64,000 nucleotides of DNA from an uncultured Ectothiorhodospiraceae bacterium (GCA_947259415.1 CAMYMI010000001.1:33842-97841), one strand, 5' to 3'. Numbered from the stretch's first letter, positions 38,761 through 49,438 are shown. Notes: a model not told the origin generated them from the sequence alone. Made by a program: numbers and translations.

Positions 38761-41539
38761 AGTCTGTGCTCCTTTCCAGCTTGGCGAATTTGCCCGGCAC
38801 CAGTTGAGCCAGTGCCTTGAGGCTTTTCTCGATCCAGGCGTCGTACAGACCTGACTCGATACGCACGGCATTGGTCTCGTGCAGCGCGATGGCCTGTTCT
38901 TCGAACGGGTATGCCAGATCTTCCAGCAGGATGTTGTATTCCTCTAGTGCCTCGGTGTTGAGATTGCTCGGACGCTCGGATTCCATCAGTGCCTCGGCAA
39001 GATGGGTGTAGAGTTGTGCGGTGTGGTAGGCGGCGGCTGTAGTGATTTCGGCCACGTTGTAGGCGGCAGCCTGCTCATACTGCGCCAGGGTCGATTCCAG
39101 CAGTTGCTTCTTGGTGGCGAGTGTCTTGTCCAGTGGCAGCTTCAATGCGATCGCACTGTACTGAGCATTTTGTGCACCAGCCAGAACCAGTCGCGCCTGT
39201 GCAGCAAGGTAACGCGTACGATCGGTGCGACCACGACCAGCCTGTGCATCGGCCATGATGATGGAATTCAGCCATTGGTGCCACTGCAGGCTGTCACCAG
39301 ACGATTTATAGTACAGTGCGATGCGATGACGTGCCTCGATGGCATCTTCCACCGGCTGCGGGAACTGCTCGACATAATAGACATATACTGCTGTCGATTG
39401 TGCAGTGTGCCCGGCATTTGTATACATCTCGGCAGCCTGCCACAGAGCATCACTGCGCATCTTCACATCGCCGCTTGTGCGCCCGATGCGTTCGAATTCC
39501 TGTGCGGCCAGCAACGGTCGGGCGCTGCCGAGATAGGCCGTAGCAAGCCGGCGTGTGACCTCCGCCTGGCGGGGATCATCCGGATAAGCATCACGGAATT
39601 GTTCCAGTGTTCTGGCAGCGGCGGAAAAGTCATTTAGACTCATCAGACCGGCAGCGGCATCGTATTCCGCGGTGGCGACGATACCTGCGGTCGGTGCGGC
39701 ATTGCGCACACGCTGGAAGTGGCCCACAGCGACTCGGGTGTCACCGGCGGCCTGCGCAGCCTCTCCCTGTTTGTAGATGCAAGCTGCAAGTCTCTCGGTA
39801 TAAACGGAATTATTCTTGCTGTTTGATGCTGTACGGGCGAGCACCTGCTGGTAGGCCTGTTCGGCATGCAGGAAGTCCTCGAGATCGAAATAGGCATGCG
39901 CCTGGACCGTCCAGCTCACGCGTTGCTGTACGTCCGTGGCCGCCTTGTTATCGATGACCAACTGTGCAACCTGAATGGCACGCGGGTTCTCGTTGATCGC
40001 CAGTAACTGTTCCGCAGAGCGTGTCAATACTGCCAGTGACTGCGGATGTCGCGGGAAACTTGCAGCAAAGCGTAGTGCATTTTCAATGGAGCCGCGATGC
40101 CAGGCTGCTTTTTCAGTCCCGGACAGATGCGCCTCTTCCTTGTCGAAGGCAAGCACGGAGGCATAACCAGCCTCGGCGGCCTTGTCATGCTGGCCGTAGT
40201 CATAGGCAGTATGCACGAACTCCACACCTGCTTCACGGTACTTGCCTGATTCGTCGAGAAGTTCAGCCAGCAGGAAGTTCATATCCGGTGCGGCCGGGTC
40301 ATCCGAAAACGAGCCCAGCCAGGTGCGATACCAGTGTGTGGCCTCGGCGTAGTCTTGCGGCTTGCGGGTTAACTGTGCCTGTGCGTGATAGTGGCGCGAC
40401 AGGTCGGTCATGGTTACCTTAAGGAAGCCGAGCACCTGGCCTGCATCAGCCTTGTCGTGATGTTTCCAGTATTCGCCCAGTAGATTATAGCGGTCAACAA
40501 ATGCCTTCTTGCCTTTCAGCACCAGCGTGGGGAAATTGCCGGCCTGGTAGGCATCGATCACCCGCATCTGAAAGGCCGGTGCCTGGCGGTGGATCGGGTT
40601 GCTGGCTACGAATGACTGAAAGGTCTCGGCAGCATCAGTATAACGCTCCTTGTCGAGGTACAGCTTGCCGAGGCGGTCGTACACCAGGTCTTCATAGTTG
40701 CGCGGGCCGTGCTGAGCAAATAAGCCAGCCACTGTGCGCGCACCATCTTCATAGGAAAAACTCAGGCTCATCACACGCAGGGTGTCATCCACCATTTCAC
40801 GTTCTGCTCTTCCCAGCCCTGCCAGCAGCTCGTCGCTATCCGTGTTCTGCGGGAGCTTGCTGTCAAGCAATCCAGTGAAGGTATCGAGTCCCGCGCTGAA
40901 CAGCCCCTGTTTGAAGTAGCACCAGCCCAGCTTGTAGAGCGACTGCTGAAAAAACGGGTTGTCACCGCCGGAATCGACGACGGCCTTGTAGGCGTTCTCG
41001 GCTCCGTGGTAGTCCTTCTTCACGAACAGGATTTCACCTCGCCGGAACTGTGCCTCGAGCCGACGATGGCTTTCCGGGTATTGCGCTACCAGTTGCTCCA
41101 GTGCAACCAGTGACTTGTCCGGTTCACCCCCGAGTTCATAGGCGCGTGCCAGCTGGTAAAGCACGAAATCATTGTCGGAGCGCCCCGGATAGGTTTCCAG
41201 CACCTGCTGGTAGAGATATATCGAATCCTGAACCTGCTGCGGATAGTCAGATACCAGCGCAGACCTGTCAGGTTCAGATTCCGGCAGAGCTTCGGCTTCC
41301 AGGTTGATGTCTGCTAGCCGGCGCATGGCCAGCGGACGTGCGTCGGTCTGATCATCGGTTTCCAGGAAGCGGCGATAGGCGTTCATGGCCTGCTGTTCAC
41401 TGGACTCGATTGGCACATCATCCAGTTTGTTCGGGTGCCTGCTGAGATCACCAATGGTCGCTACATTATCACCACGAAACATCGAGCAACCGCTGCTGGC
41501 TAGTACGGCCGTCAAAAGGAGTACCAGCCAGCGTATCAC
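38741..41539 (-). CDS. Large TPR-repeat lipoprotein (932 aa)
   Basis: Lipobox LASSGCS; TPR-like helical repeats throughout (..YKLGWCYFKQGLFSAG.., ..ALWQAAEMYTNAGH..). Confidence 0.6.
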   Translation of the reverse strand: MIRWLVLLLTAVLASSGCSMFRGDNVATIGDLSRHPNKLDDVPIESSEQQAMNAYRRFLETDDQTDARPLAMRRLADINLEAEALPESEPDRSALVSDYPQQVQDSIYLYQQVLETYPGRSDNDFVLYQLARAYELGGEPDKSLVALEQLVAQYPESHRRLEAQFRRGEILFVKKDYHGAENAYKAVVDSGGDNPFFQQSLYKLGWCYFKQGLFSAGLDTFTGLLDSKLPQNTDSDELLAGLGRAEREMVDDTLRVMSLSFSYEDGARTVAGLFAQHGPRNYEDLVYDRLGKLYLDKERYTDAAETFQSFVASNPIHRQAPAFQMRVIDAYQAGNFPTLVLKGKKAFVDRYNLLGEYWKHHDKADAGQVLGFLKVTMTDLSRHYHAQAQLTRKPQDYAEATHWYRTWLGSFSDDPAAPDMNFLLAELLDESGKYREAGVEFVHTAYDYGQHDKAAEAGYASVLAFDKEEAHLSGTEKAAWHRGSIENALRFAASFPRHPQSLAVLTRSAEQLLAINENPRAIQVAQLVIDNKAATDVQQRVSWTVQAHAYFDLEDFLHAEQAYQQVLARTASNSKNNSVYTERLAACIYKQGEAAQAAGDTRVAVGHFQRVRNAAPTAGIVATAEYDAAAGLMSLNDFSAAARTLEQFRDAYPDDPRQAEVTRRLATAYLGSARPLLAAQEFERIGRTSGDVKMRSDALWQAAEMYTNAGHTAQSTAVYVYYVEQFPQPVEDAIEARHRIALYYKSSGDSLQWHQWLNSIIMADAQAGRGRTDRTRYLAAQARLVLAGAQNAQYSAIALKLPLDKTLATKKQLLESTLAQYEQAAAYNVAEITTAAAYHTAQLYTHLAEALMESERPSNLNTEALEEYNILLEDLAYPFEEQAIALHETNAVRIESGLYDAWIEKSLKALAQLVPGKFAKLERSTDYATALR

Positions 41540-43404
41540 TGAACACCGTCCTTACCGGGATACAGGGCACTGTCAAGGGTTTGCGCCAACGAAAAACGCG
41601 CCTGCACGATGTAGGAATCAAGGCGTTTCTTCTGCTGTTCGAGTTCATTCATGGCCAGCTGCTCAATGAGCTCACCCTGCACCAGATAGACCAATTCGGT
41701 GCGTTCCAGCAGCGCCTTTATGAGCATCCGGTTAGTATCGATGCGCTGGTTGAACGCATCGAAACCTGACGGTGTGGTGATACGGGCCGAGTTGAGTGAT
41801 TGCAGTACCCGCGTGGACTCGTCCAGCAGGTCGGCCACTTGTGACAGCTGACGCTTTACCTGCCACAGGCGAGGCTTGTACTGGCTGCTGAGTTGCCAGT
41901 ATAGCGCTCCCTCCACACGCGCCTGGCGTTCACGCAGTGTATCTGTATCAGGATTCACTGGAAGTCCAGACAGCTTTACTTTTATATCCTCGAGTTTATT
42001 CCACTGTTCAGCTTCTGAGGTATCCGCCAGTCCGACCGGATCGTTGGCACCCTCGACCTGAGCCAGACGCACCCTGAGTTGGCGATGACGCTGCTCTATA
42101 GTTTCGCGGTCTTCGGATCGCAGCGCGCGTTCGGCCGCGGGTTGCTTGTCTGCAAAGCGATGCTCGCGCGCGGATAGCATATCGTCATAGGCATCGATAT
42201 TGGTGGCCCAGGTCTGCAGGTTGTTACGCAGGATCGACAGGTCACGGTAGTTCTTGACTGCTTCCTGAAATTCATGTGTTGCCATCAGCGCAACCTGGTA
42301 GCGCAGTGCCGGTGACTGGCTGTCCATTGTCAGCTCCTGTAGCCAGCCGGAACCGGTACGCGGGTCCTGTCCCTGCAGTGTCTCCAGCAACTCGCCATTT
42401 CTGATTGCATCAATCGACTCGTTGAGCTTGTCCTTTTCGTCAAACAGCGTGTCAATAACATCATTGTATTGCTGCACTGCCCGGCCATGCAGATTCATCC
42501 TGGTCATGGCATACGGCACCGCCAATAATGCTTCCTGTACGGCCGGATCGGTGGCATTACGCCTGCCGAGCTCACTCCATGGCACCAGTGCATGGCCGAA
42601 TTCATCCGCTTCCGCATTCGCCCAGCCAGCACCAAGCAATGCCTTGTTGGAGAGTGGTCCCTCGAGTCGGACACGCTCGAGTATTTCGCGTGATTGCTGC
42701 GCAGCTCCACCCTGAAGATAGCTGTAACCGAGTGCCAGGTTTGCCTTGTCGCGCAGCAGCCTTAATTCCTCACTGCGACCGGAGAGTTCACCCAGGGTAT
42801 CCAGTTCCTTCGCGCCGCGTTCCAGTTGACCATTGCGAATATAGGCGACACCCAGGTTATAAGCGAGATATGGAGACCAGACATTATTGTCTTTTGACGC
42901 CTCCAGAACCTCGATGGCCGCATCATTCTGGCCGAGCTGCAGCAACAGCAGGCTGTGCAGCTGTGAAACCTCGACGCGCGTGGTGCGCGTCATGTCGCCG
43001 CTGACCCGAGACAGTGCCTGCAGCGCGTTGACAGTGTCGCCGCGCTGATATGAGATCTTGGCAAGATAGAACCAGGCACGGTTGCGGATCTGTTCGTCGG
43101 CGTGCTCGTTTGTCAGCAGGCGTTCGAAAATCGTGCTGGCCAAGTTACGCAGCCCATAGGACAAGTCAAGTCCGCCCAGCAGTAACTCAGCCTCATCGGC
43201 ATGATTGGGCAGCCGCTCCTGTGTCTTTGCGATTTGCAGACGAACAATGCTGTTGAACCAGTCATCCTGATAATAGTAATAAAGCACTTCCCCGTACTGG
43301 AGGTCCTGCGCCGTTGAGGGTGATATGCGGTCAGCTGCGGTTGCTTGCATCATCAGCAGCGTTAGCGACAACAGCAGAATGAATCTGCGGGCAACGCACT
43401 GCAT
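41536..43404 (-). CDS. Secreted TPR + coiled-coil protein (622 aa)
   Basis: Signal peptide LLMMQATAADR; N-terminal TPRs (..AWFYLAKISYQRGD.., ..YNLGVAYIRNGQLERG..) then long coiled-coil C-terminal half. Confidence 0.55.
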   Translation of the reverse strand: MQCVARRFILLLSLTLLMMQATAADRISPSTAQDLQYGEVLYYYYQDDWFNSIVRLQIAKTQERLPNHADEAELLLGGLDLSYGLRNLASTIFERLLTNEHADEQIRNRAWFYLAKISYQRGDTVNALQALSRVSGDMTRTTRVEVSQLHSLLLLQLGQNDAAIEVLEASKDNNVWSPYLAYNLGVAYIRNGQLERGAKELDTLGELSGRSEELRLLRDKANLALGYSYLQGGAAQQSREILERVRLEGPLSNKALLGAGWANAEADEFGHALVPWSELGRRNATDPAVQEALLAVPYAMTRMNLHGRAVQQYNDVIDTLFDEKDKLNESIDAIRNGELLETLQGQDPRTGSGWLQELTMDSQSPALRYQVALMATHEFQEAVKNYRDLSILRNNLQTWATNIDAYDDMLSAREHRFADKQPAAERALRSEDRETIEQRHRQLRVRLAQVEGANDPVGLADTSEAEQWNKLEDIKVKLSGLPVNPDTDTLRERQARVEGALYWQLSSQYKPRLWQVKRQLSQVADLLDESTRVLQSLNSARITTPSGFDAFNQRIDTNRMLIKALLERTELVYLVQGELIEQLAMNELEQQKKRLDSYIVQARFSLAQTLDSALYPGKDGVQ

Positions 43405-43407
43405 TGC

Positions 43408-43953
43408 TTATTCCCATTCCCTGATACTGAAGTCCGGTTGTTCACTGCTCGGGTTATCCACGATTTTTAGTTCAACATACTTCGCACCGAGGCTCTTGTT
43501 GATGACCAGACTGGCGCCACGGCGGTAATCACGCCCTTTCGGGCCCACCCCCGTATAGATGGCGACAATCTCGTGCTCACCGGCCTTGAGGTTACCCATG
43601 TAGAGGCGTTGAATGCCGCCCCGATGCAAGGCATCGACCTCGCGCTGGGTGTATAGGTAATTGGAAACAGCCTTGCCATCCACCTTGAGCTGCACTGAAT
43701 CGAGCTTGAAAAACTCGCCTACATCGAGTGACACAAACACGGCCAGCTGCGTGTTGGCCGGGTATAGCAGCTCTTCCTCGAGTATGAACAGATCGCGGTT
43801 GAGTGCAATTACGTCCTGTTTAAGCAACTGGATGCTCTCGTCCAGGCTGACCGTGGCGGACGATTCTGCCTGAGCAACACTGAACACCAGCATCATGAAT
43901 ATGCCGACAAGTAGTATTTTGACAGAACAATTAGGAAGAATTGAATTCAACAT
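43408..43953 (-). CDS. Secreted protein of unknown function (181 aa)
   Basis: Signal peptide MLNSILPNCSVKILLVGIFMMLVFSVAQA; first gene of the TPR/TonB gene string. Confidence 0.45.
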   Translation of the reverse strand: MLNSILPNCSVKILLVGIFMMLVFSVAQAESSATVSLDESIQLLKQDVIALNRDLFILEEELLYPANTQLAVFVSLDVGEFFKLDSVQLKVDGKAVSNYLYTQREVDALHRGGIQRLYMGNLKAGEHEIVAIYTGVGPKGRDYRRGASLVINKSLGAKYVELKIVDNPSSEQPDFSIREWE

Positions 43954-44239
43954 CTTGGACCTCTGTGTTTCAGCGCCGGACAATCTGCCTATCTGTAAAT
44001 ATGTCGGTCCGCACAGCAAAAGATTGACTAAATTTCAGGAGTAAATTGACTACCAGATAGTCTTATGCAGGTGGTATCTGCAAAGTGTGCGCTGGTTCAC
44101 AATCCGGCTGTCACAGGAAGCCATGCCTCCCCTGCATTACGTGGCTAATCTGATGACCGGAGAAACGAAGCTATTAGTGGACAGGGATACCCACTTTGAT
44201 CTAGCGCAGGCCAGTTCTTACAGGTATTAAATCAGAAGT

Positions 44240-45220
44240 CTATTGTGTGACCCGGGCCAGTCCTTCCGAATAGTGCATCCTGCCACGGTTGTCGATGATG
44301 ATTGCCTCGGTATCCGGAAGCGAATTAACCAGCTTCAAGCCCTTGTCCACGCCCATGACGAATACGCTGGTGGAAAGTGCATCGGTATCAGTAGCATTGT
44401 TGCCAATGATACTGGCGCTGTGGATCTCGCGCGACGAATCCCCGGTCCCCGGATTGAGGATGTGGTGGTAACGCACACCGTCTTCCTCAAAATAGCGTTC
44501 ATAGTCACCGGAAGTGGAAATGGCAGCATCTTCCAGCGGGATCGTGGAGACGAGACCGTCGCGGTTGCGTGGATCACGGATGCCAACCTTCCAGGGATGA
44601 TCCCAGTGCCTGCCGATCACCCGTGTGTCTCCACCGGCACTGACCAGCGCATTTCTGACACCGGCGGCCTGCAGAATTGCAATGCTGCGGTCGACAGCAT
44701 AGCCCTTTGCAATACCACCGAGATCGATACGCACGTCAGGTTGCAGAAACTCTATGGTCGACTGCACTGTATCCAGCCTGACATGGTGATAGCTGATTGC
44801 CGGCAATACATCGGCGAGCTGTTTACCGTCCGGTTTCCTGCCCTTGCGGTAATCGTAATATTGCCCGGCACTGGCATAGGTGACATCGAAGGCACCATGC
44901 GTGATATCGGAAAACATCAACGCCTGCCCGATCAGCATCAGCAGCTCATTGTCGACCGTGATCGGGCCCCTCGCTGCATTGCCATTGACGCTCGACAACT
45001 CGCTGTCGGGTTTGTAGGTGCTCATCAGATCGTCGATACGGCGCATTTCATCCATGACCGCCTCGATCAATACCCTGCCCTGCTTCACGTCGCCATGCCA
45101 CAGCTCCACATTGATGGCTGTGCCCATAATGGCGGCCTCCTCGTGCAGCCAGTCGGCGCTCGCCAAGGAAGGTATCAACAACACAGGGAGGAGAGACGTG
45201 AGAATTATTAGTGGCTTCAT
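44240..45220 (-). CDS. apbE: FAD:protein FMN transferase (flavin transferase ApbE), exported
   Basis: Signal peptide; ..IDLGGIAKGYAVD.., ..ALVSAGGD.., ..TSGDYERY.. ApbE motifs; 71 nt downstream of the DUF1501-like gene on the same strand. Confidence 0.85.
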   Translation of the reverse strand: MKPLIILTSLLPVLLIPSLASADWLHEEAAIMGTAINVELWHGDVKQGRVLIEAVMDEMRRIDDLMSTYKPDSELSSVNGNAARGPITVDNELLMLIGQALMFSDITHGAFDVTYASAGQYYDYRKGRKPDGKQLADVLPAISYHHVRLDTVQSTIEFLQPDVRIDLGGIAKGYAVDRSIAILQAAGVRNALVSAGGDTRVIGRHWDHPWKVGIRDPRNRDGLVSTIPLEDAAISTSGDYERYFEEDGVRYHHILNPGTGDSSREIHSASIIGNNATDTDALSTSVFVMGVDKGLKLVNSLPDTEAIIIDNRGRMHYSEGLARVTQ

Positions 45221-45291
45221 GGCGGGACTTATCGGCCAGCGCCTGATTACATTTAATGCTGCAGCCCGAATGAAGCAAAGACAGTAACCGC

Positions 45292-46884
45292 CTAGACCAC
45301 CCCGTTCACAATGGCATTGAACGCGGTCAGGCTGTCCATCATCGAGGCATTGCCGAGGCCATGACCGGGAAACAGATTTGGGAAATTGGCTGCCTCTCCA
45401 TGCAGGGCCATATAGTTGAGGATGACCGTCTCGACCAGCAGGTTGACCTGGTTGGCTGCGGGAGTTGCGGTGGTTTCAACCGATGCGTCCGGGCGCATCC
45501 AGCCGATCTGCTGGTGCATTGCCTGTTCTGCAGCGCCCAAACCAAGCAATGTCGGGCGTCCTCCGGGGTTGTAGACCAGGAAGAACGAGGCTGCGGTAGA
45601 CGAGTTATCACCGGTCCAGACACCCTTGCCGCCAGCCGCACCGTCGGTCATGCCGTTACTGAATACCGAGCCGTCACTGCAGACGTAGATCATCAGAGGT
45701 ACGCCGGCACCATTGTTGGCGCGTGCGGCATATTCCAGGCAGGCACCGATACAGCGTCCGGCGCGCAGGTCGCGAAGTTCGCCTGTAATACGGTCACCGG
45801 TGTGGTAGTCATAGCCGCCCATGGTGATGGTACCGGCGCCGGAAAAGCCGTTAATCACCATCTTCATAACTGAGGCGGTCTTTCGAAATTCGTTGTCGCT
45901 GTCGAACTCTGCCTGGCTGAAGATACCTGCCGGGCCGACGATGTCCGGATCAAGCGCGGGGTTTAGTGTAGATGGATCGCCAAAGCGATCGGCGATATCA
46001 GCCGCCTTGACGTAGCCGCAGCGCACCAGGTCCTTGATGACGGCATCGGCAGTAAGCTTGGTGTCGACCTTGTCGAGTTTCATCTTGCTGATACGCTCGA
46101 TGGATTCCATGACTGCAACCGCGTCATCCTGGGTCAGCGCGCCGATCAGCTGACCGGTATCGACCATGCCGGTGACATCCGAGGGGCGATCCACCTTGGT
46201 CGGGCGGATACTCGGATCTATCATCATGGTTGGCGCCATGGAGTTGCCACCGGAATCTGAACTGCGCGAACCAATCAGGGTCAGCAGACTGCCGTCAGCG
46301 CCGGCCCTGGCAATGCCATACATTGGGTTATGCGGATTGTTGCCGGTATCGTTGTCAGAGCGTGCAGGAATGATTGCGCCATTGATCAATGCACTGCGCC
46401 CCTGCGCCTTTTCGCCGATACCCTGCAACATGGCACTGGTGGAATGAAAGGCTAGCCCGAAGTCAGTATTGATGAAACTGGTGCCGGTATTCGGATCAAT
46501 AGAGGCCGGCGTCATGTCACCCGGAAGACCCAGCTTGCTGTAACCGGCGGTGCTCAAAAAATCCAGCTGACCACCCTGCTGTCCTACCAGTACGTTGGAG
46601 CCGGAAATATTAGCGCCACCGGCCAGATCGAAACAGATAAACGGGATCTTGCCGGCACCAAGCGATTTGATACCACAGGACGTTTTTAACGCTTCGATAT
46701 CGGGAGACAGTGCAGCGGCAGCCGAGCGCGGGTTGGCAAACAGCCCGAACAGCGAGGGCGCAGTCACCAGTCCGACGCCGGCAATCAGACCTTGCCCTAT
46801 AAAATCACGGCGCGTCAGCGGTCGGCCGTGGTCATTCAGACACAGCGGCTCGTCCGGTAAGCGTATATTGCGTTTTCGCGTCAT
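45292..46884 (-). CDS. Tat-exported protein, DUF1501-like (sulfatase/alkaline-phosphatase-like fold, tentative)
   Basis: Twin-arginine signal LTRRDFIGQGLIAGVGLVTAPSLFG; ..IPFICFDLAGGANISGS.. and ..MGGYDYHTGDR.. resemble the DUF1501 conserved blocks (GGxD, GGxDxH); start taken at MTRKRNIRL. Confidence 0.55.
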   Translation of the reverse strand: MTRKRNIRLPDEPLCLNDHGRPLTRRDFIGQGLIAGVGLVTAPSLFGLFANPRSAAAALSPDIEALKTSCGIKSLGAGKIPFICFDLAGGANISGSNVLVGQQGGQLDFLSTAGYSKLGLPGDMTPASIDPNTGTSFINTDFGLAFHSTSAMLQGIGEKAQGRSALINGAIIPARSDNDTGNNPHNPMYGIARAGADGSLLTLIGSRSSDSGGNSMAPTMMIDPSIRPTKVDRPSDVTGMVDTGQLIGALTQDDAVAVMESIERISKMKLDKVDTKLTADAVIKDLVRCGYVKAADIADRFGDPSTLNPALDPDIVGPAGIFSQAEFDSDNEFRKTASVMKMVINGFSGAGTITMGGYDYHTGDRITGELRDLRAGRCIGACLEYAARANNGAGVPLMIYVCSDGSVFSNGMTDGAAGGKGVWTGDNSSTAASFFLVYNPGGRPTLLGLGAAEQAMHQQIGWMRPDASVETTATPAANQVNLLVETVILNYMALHGEAANFPNLFPGHGLGNASMMDSLTAFNAIVNGVV

Positions 46885-46906
46885 GAGATTAACCTCGTTT
46901 TGGTTC

Positions 46907-49435
46907 CTACTGCAGCAGCATCGCAGCACTGCCCAGTATTGCTGCGCAACTTGCCTTGACTATTTCCTCTGTACGCGCGGGTGTCGCACACGTCGGTGAT
47001 GATCCTGTTGCGCAGCCGGTCAGGATCAGGATGAGATCATCAATCTCACTGGTCACGTTTGCCGGATCAGGCTGCACTGTCAGTCCCGTATTCATCACCC
47101 TGTCGATCAACGGTACGATCATCAGGTCACGCTTGGTCGGTGTATCAAATGCGGTATCGGCACTTTCTGGCGGTAAACCGCTGGTGAAGAACCCGGGGAA
47201 ATAGCTCTCACGTGAGATCGTGCCATTGTTATCGACCAGTGCACTGCAGTATTCAATCGCCATCTGCGAGATCGCCATCTGATGTGCAGACAGGAAGCCC
47301 TCGATATTCTCTACAGTCGGCAACTGCTGCATGACCGTCTGGTACACCGTCTTGACATCGACCTGCCCGGTACTCACGCCGGTGATCGCTGCCAGCGTGG
47401 CATTGATCTCGTGAAAGTTGCGCAGGCCGATATCGGATGCCTCCGGCAGATCGGGTGGTGGTGCCGGTGCAATGGGTGCGGGCTCTACCACGACATTGTT
47501 AGCATTGCCGAATACTTCGAATGTCAGGAAGAACTGATCGGCACTAGATCCCTTCTCGAGCGCGATAACAGTACCTAAATCCGAGAGTGTCTGGCCAACA
47601 CTGGGCGTGTAAAGTGCGCTGCTGATCGTGGTGTTGAGATGCTTGTAGGCCTGGCCTACAGTCGCTTCCTTGCCGTTTATTCCGATACGCATGCCGGCGA
47701 CCGGGATGCCGTCCGGTGCTGCGTTCGGATCAAGACTGATGAAGCGCGGATTATTGAACAGGTAACTGTAGCTGTCGAACTGGCTTACCTCAAACAGAAC
47801 ATAGCTGTCGGTAATGCCGCTGTGATCGTCGACGTTGAACAGCAGGTAGAATTTCTCGCCAACGCCGACCGAAAAGTTCTGGGTGATCTGTTCCTGGGTC
47901 AATGCACGGTTGTGAATAGCCACCATGCGCAGCATGCCCTGCCACTGGCGGTCGCCTGAAACCTCGTTTCCCAGCACGAAGGCAAAGCTATTATCCCAGT
48001 CAATCAGGGTTCCTCCCTGGACCAGATCGACATCGTCGGTGAACACGCCATTGACGAAGATGCGACGACCGTTGACCGGGTCGTAGGTGGCAACCACATG
48101 CTGCAGCGTCGCCTGGAGGTCTTCATCGGCATCGGCCGTATCCAGCGACGGATCGCCATTGGCGTCCGTCGTCGTGCTGCGGTTCATAACGTTGTAGCTA
48201 TACAGGGTCTGCCCGAGCGTGAAGTTACGCTCTGTTGTACCGGCGGAATAGCTTATGATGCGCGCCGGTCCCTGTTGCGACACATTGGCCGGAGCGACCC
48301 AGGCCTCAATAGTGTATTCACCGGTGGCAGTAATAAGGTTATACAGTTTCTGACTGCTGGTGGTAGTTGCCTGGGCCTTGCCGCTGGTGACATTAATTCC
48401 CCAGCCGCCGACCCAGTCGACGCCACCGCTCAGGGTGAGGTGCATGTCCGGCGCTACGCCACTGGTATCAAATGCGATATTACCCGAGCCGGTCTTGAAC
48501 TGGTACATGGCAATGACGTTGTTATCGTAGCGATTGCCACCACTGGCAACGATACCGTCGGGCAGGGTCAATGCCTTGCTTGTTACCAGGTTCGGATCGA
48601 TTGTGGTCACACTGATCGAGCTGGCATATGCCGTAATTGCATTTTCCATTGCAATCGCAGACGCAGCGCAGTCGGAACTGCCACTATTGTTCGGGTCCCA
48701 GCAATTGTGGAATTCATCGCGCAGTCGCACCACGAACCGAGAATTGTCCGGTGCATCCAGATCGATCTTCGGCTTTGCCGCCTCATAGGCGGAGTCCGGG
48801 TCACTGTTGGCAAAGAACGGTGACTGTGCGTCGGTGGATGAGTCTGTATGACAGCCTGCACAATTTGCGGTAAGTACAGGATGCACTGTCGCTGCAAAAC
48901 CGGATGAGTCGGCCGGAAACGATTTGCTGTCGCCCGGATCCTTCAGTGGTGGCGCGGTCAGCGGGATAACCGTGCCGGAACCTGCCAGACCACCGGCCCA
49001 GGCAGTGATATAGGCGGTAATCACGTCGGCACAGGCCTGATCACTGGCCAGCCAGCAGTTATGCCCGGCAGCCACCTTGGTGGCCATGAGAGAATTAGCC
49101 GGCGTAATCATGTCCACTATGGCGTTGGCATCAGCATACGCCAGATTGATATCGTCATCGCGCACGAAGGTCGGGGCCTGGCCAGCGGTGGCGTGACAGT
49201 TACCGCAACGATTACTCGGACTGAGGTTATCCCAGACGTTCAGCTTGAAGGCCTGCACATCCGTAGTCGCCGGTGGCGGCCCGCTGTAATTCGAGGTCGA
49301 CGCTACCGCGGCGGTATTCGGGATTTGGGAGGTACTCTCCCCGCCACCACAGGCCGTCAAACCGGCAGCTATGCCAACGATGACCGCCTGCACAAGGATG
49401 TTATCAAGCAACCTGGGAAGAATTGGGTATTTCAT
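46907..49435 (-). CDS. Lipoprotein with two c-type haem motifs (CGNCH, CAGCH), LamG/ConA-like jelly-roll domain and C-terminal domain (PSCyt-like architecture)
   Basis: Lipobox AAGLTACGG; CxxCH at ~aa 77 and ~aa 192; ..EAWVAPANVSQQGPARIISY..WQGMLRMVAIHNRALTQEQI.. typical Laminin_G_3; 842 aa. Confidence 0.6.
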   Translation of the reverse strand: MKYPILPRLLDNILVQAVIVGIAAGLTACGGGESTSQIPNTAAVASTSNYSGPPPATTDVQAFKLNVWDNLSPSNRCGNCHATAGQAPTFVRDDDINLAYADANAIVDMITPANSLMATKVAAGHNCWLASDQACADVITAYITAWAGGLAGSGTVIPLTAPPLKDPGDSKSFPADSSGFAATVHPVLTANCAGCHTDSSTDAQSPFFANSDPDSAYEAAKPKIDLDAPDNSRFVVRLRDEFHNCWDPNNSGSSDCAASAIAMENAITAYASSISVTTIDPNLVTSKALTLPDGIVASGGNRYDNNVIAMYQFKTGSGNIAFDTSGVAPDMHLTLSGGVDWVGGWGINVTSGKAQATTTSSQKLYNLITATGEYTIEAWVAPANVSQQGPARIISYSAGTTERNFTLGQTLYSYNVMNRSTTTDANGDPSLDTADADEDLQATLQHVVATYDPVNGRRIFVNGVFTDDVDLVQGGTLIDWDNSFAFVLGNEVSGDRQWQGMLRMVAIHNRALTQEQITQNFSVGVGEKFYLLFNVDDHSGITDSYVLFEVSQFDSYSYLFNNPRFISLDPNAAPDGIPVAGMRIGINGKEATVGQAYKHLNTTISSALYTPSVGQTLSDLGTVIALEKGSSADQFFLTFEVFGNANNVVVEPAPIAPAPPPDLPEASDIGLRNFHEINATLAAITGVSTGQVDVKTVYQTVMQQLPTVENIEGFLSAHQMAISQMAIEYCSALVDNNGTISRESYFPGFFTSGLPPESADTAFDTPTKRDLMIVPLIDRVMNTGLTVQPDPANVTSEIDDLILILTGCATGSSPTCATPARTEEIVKASCAAILGSAAMLLQ

Positions 49436-49438
49436 GCC

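Noticed and set aside
46972-46989. Apparent 9-nt tandem duplication GTGTCGCAC at a printed line boundary, plus 1-9-nt offsets between printed coordinates and ORF-track coordinates between ~45.25 and 46.98 kb
   Set aside because: The ORF-track translations of both overlapping ORFs lack the three extra codons, and gene ends elsewhere match the print exactly. I treat this as a display/numbering inconsistency, not a real repeat, and followed ORF-track coordinates there.
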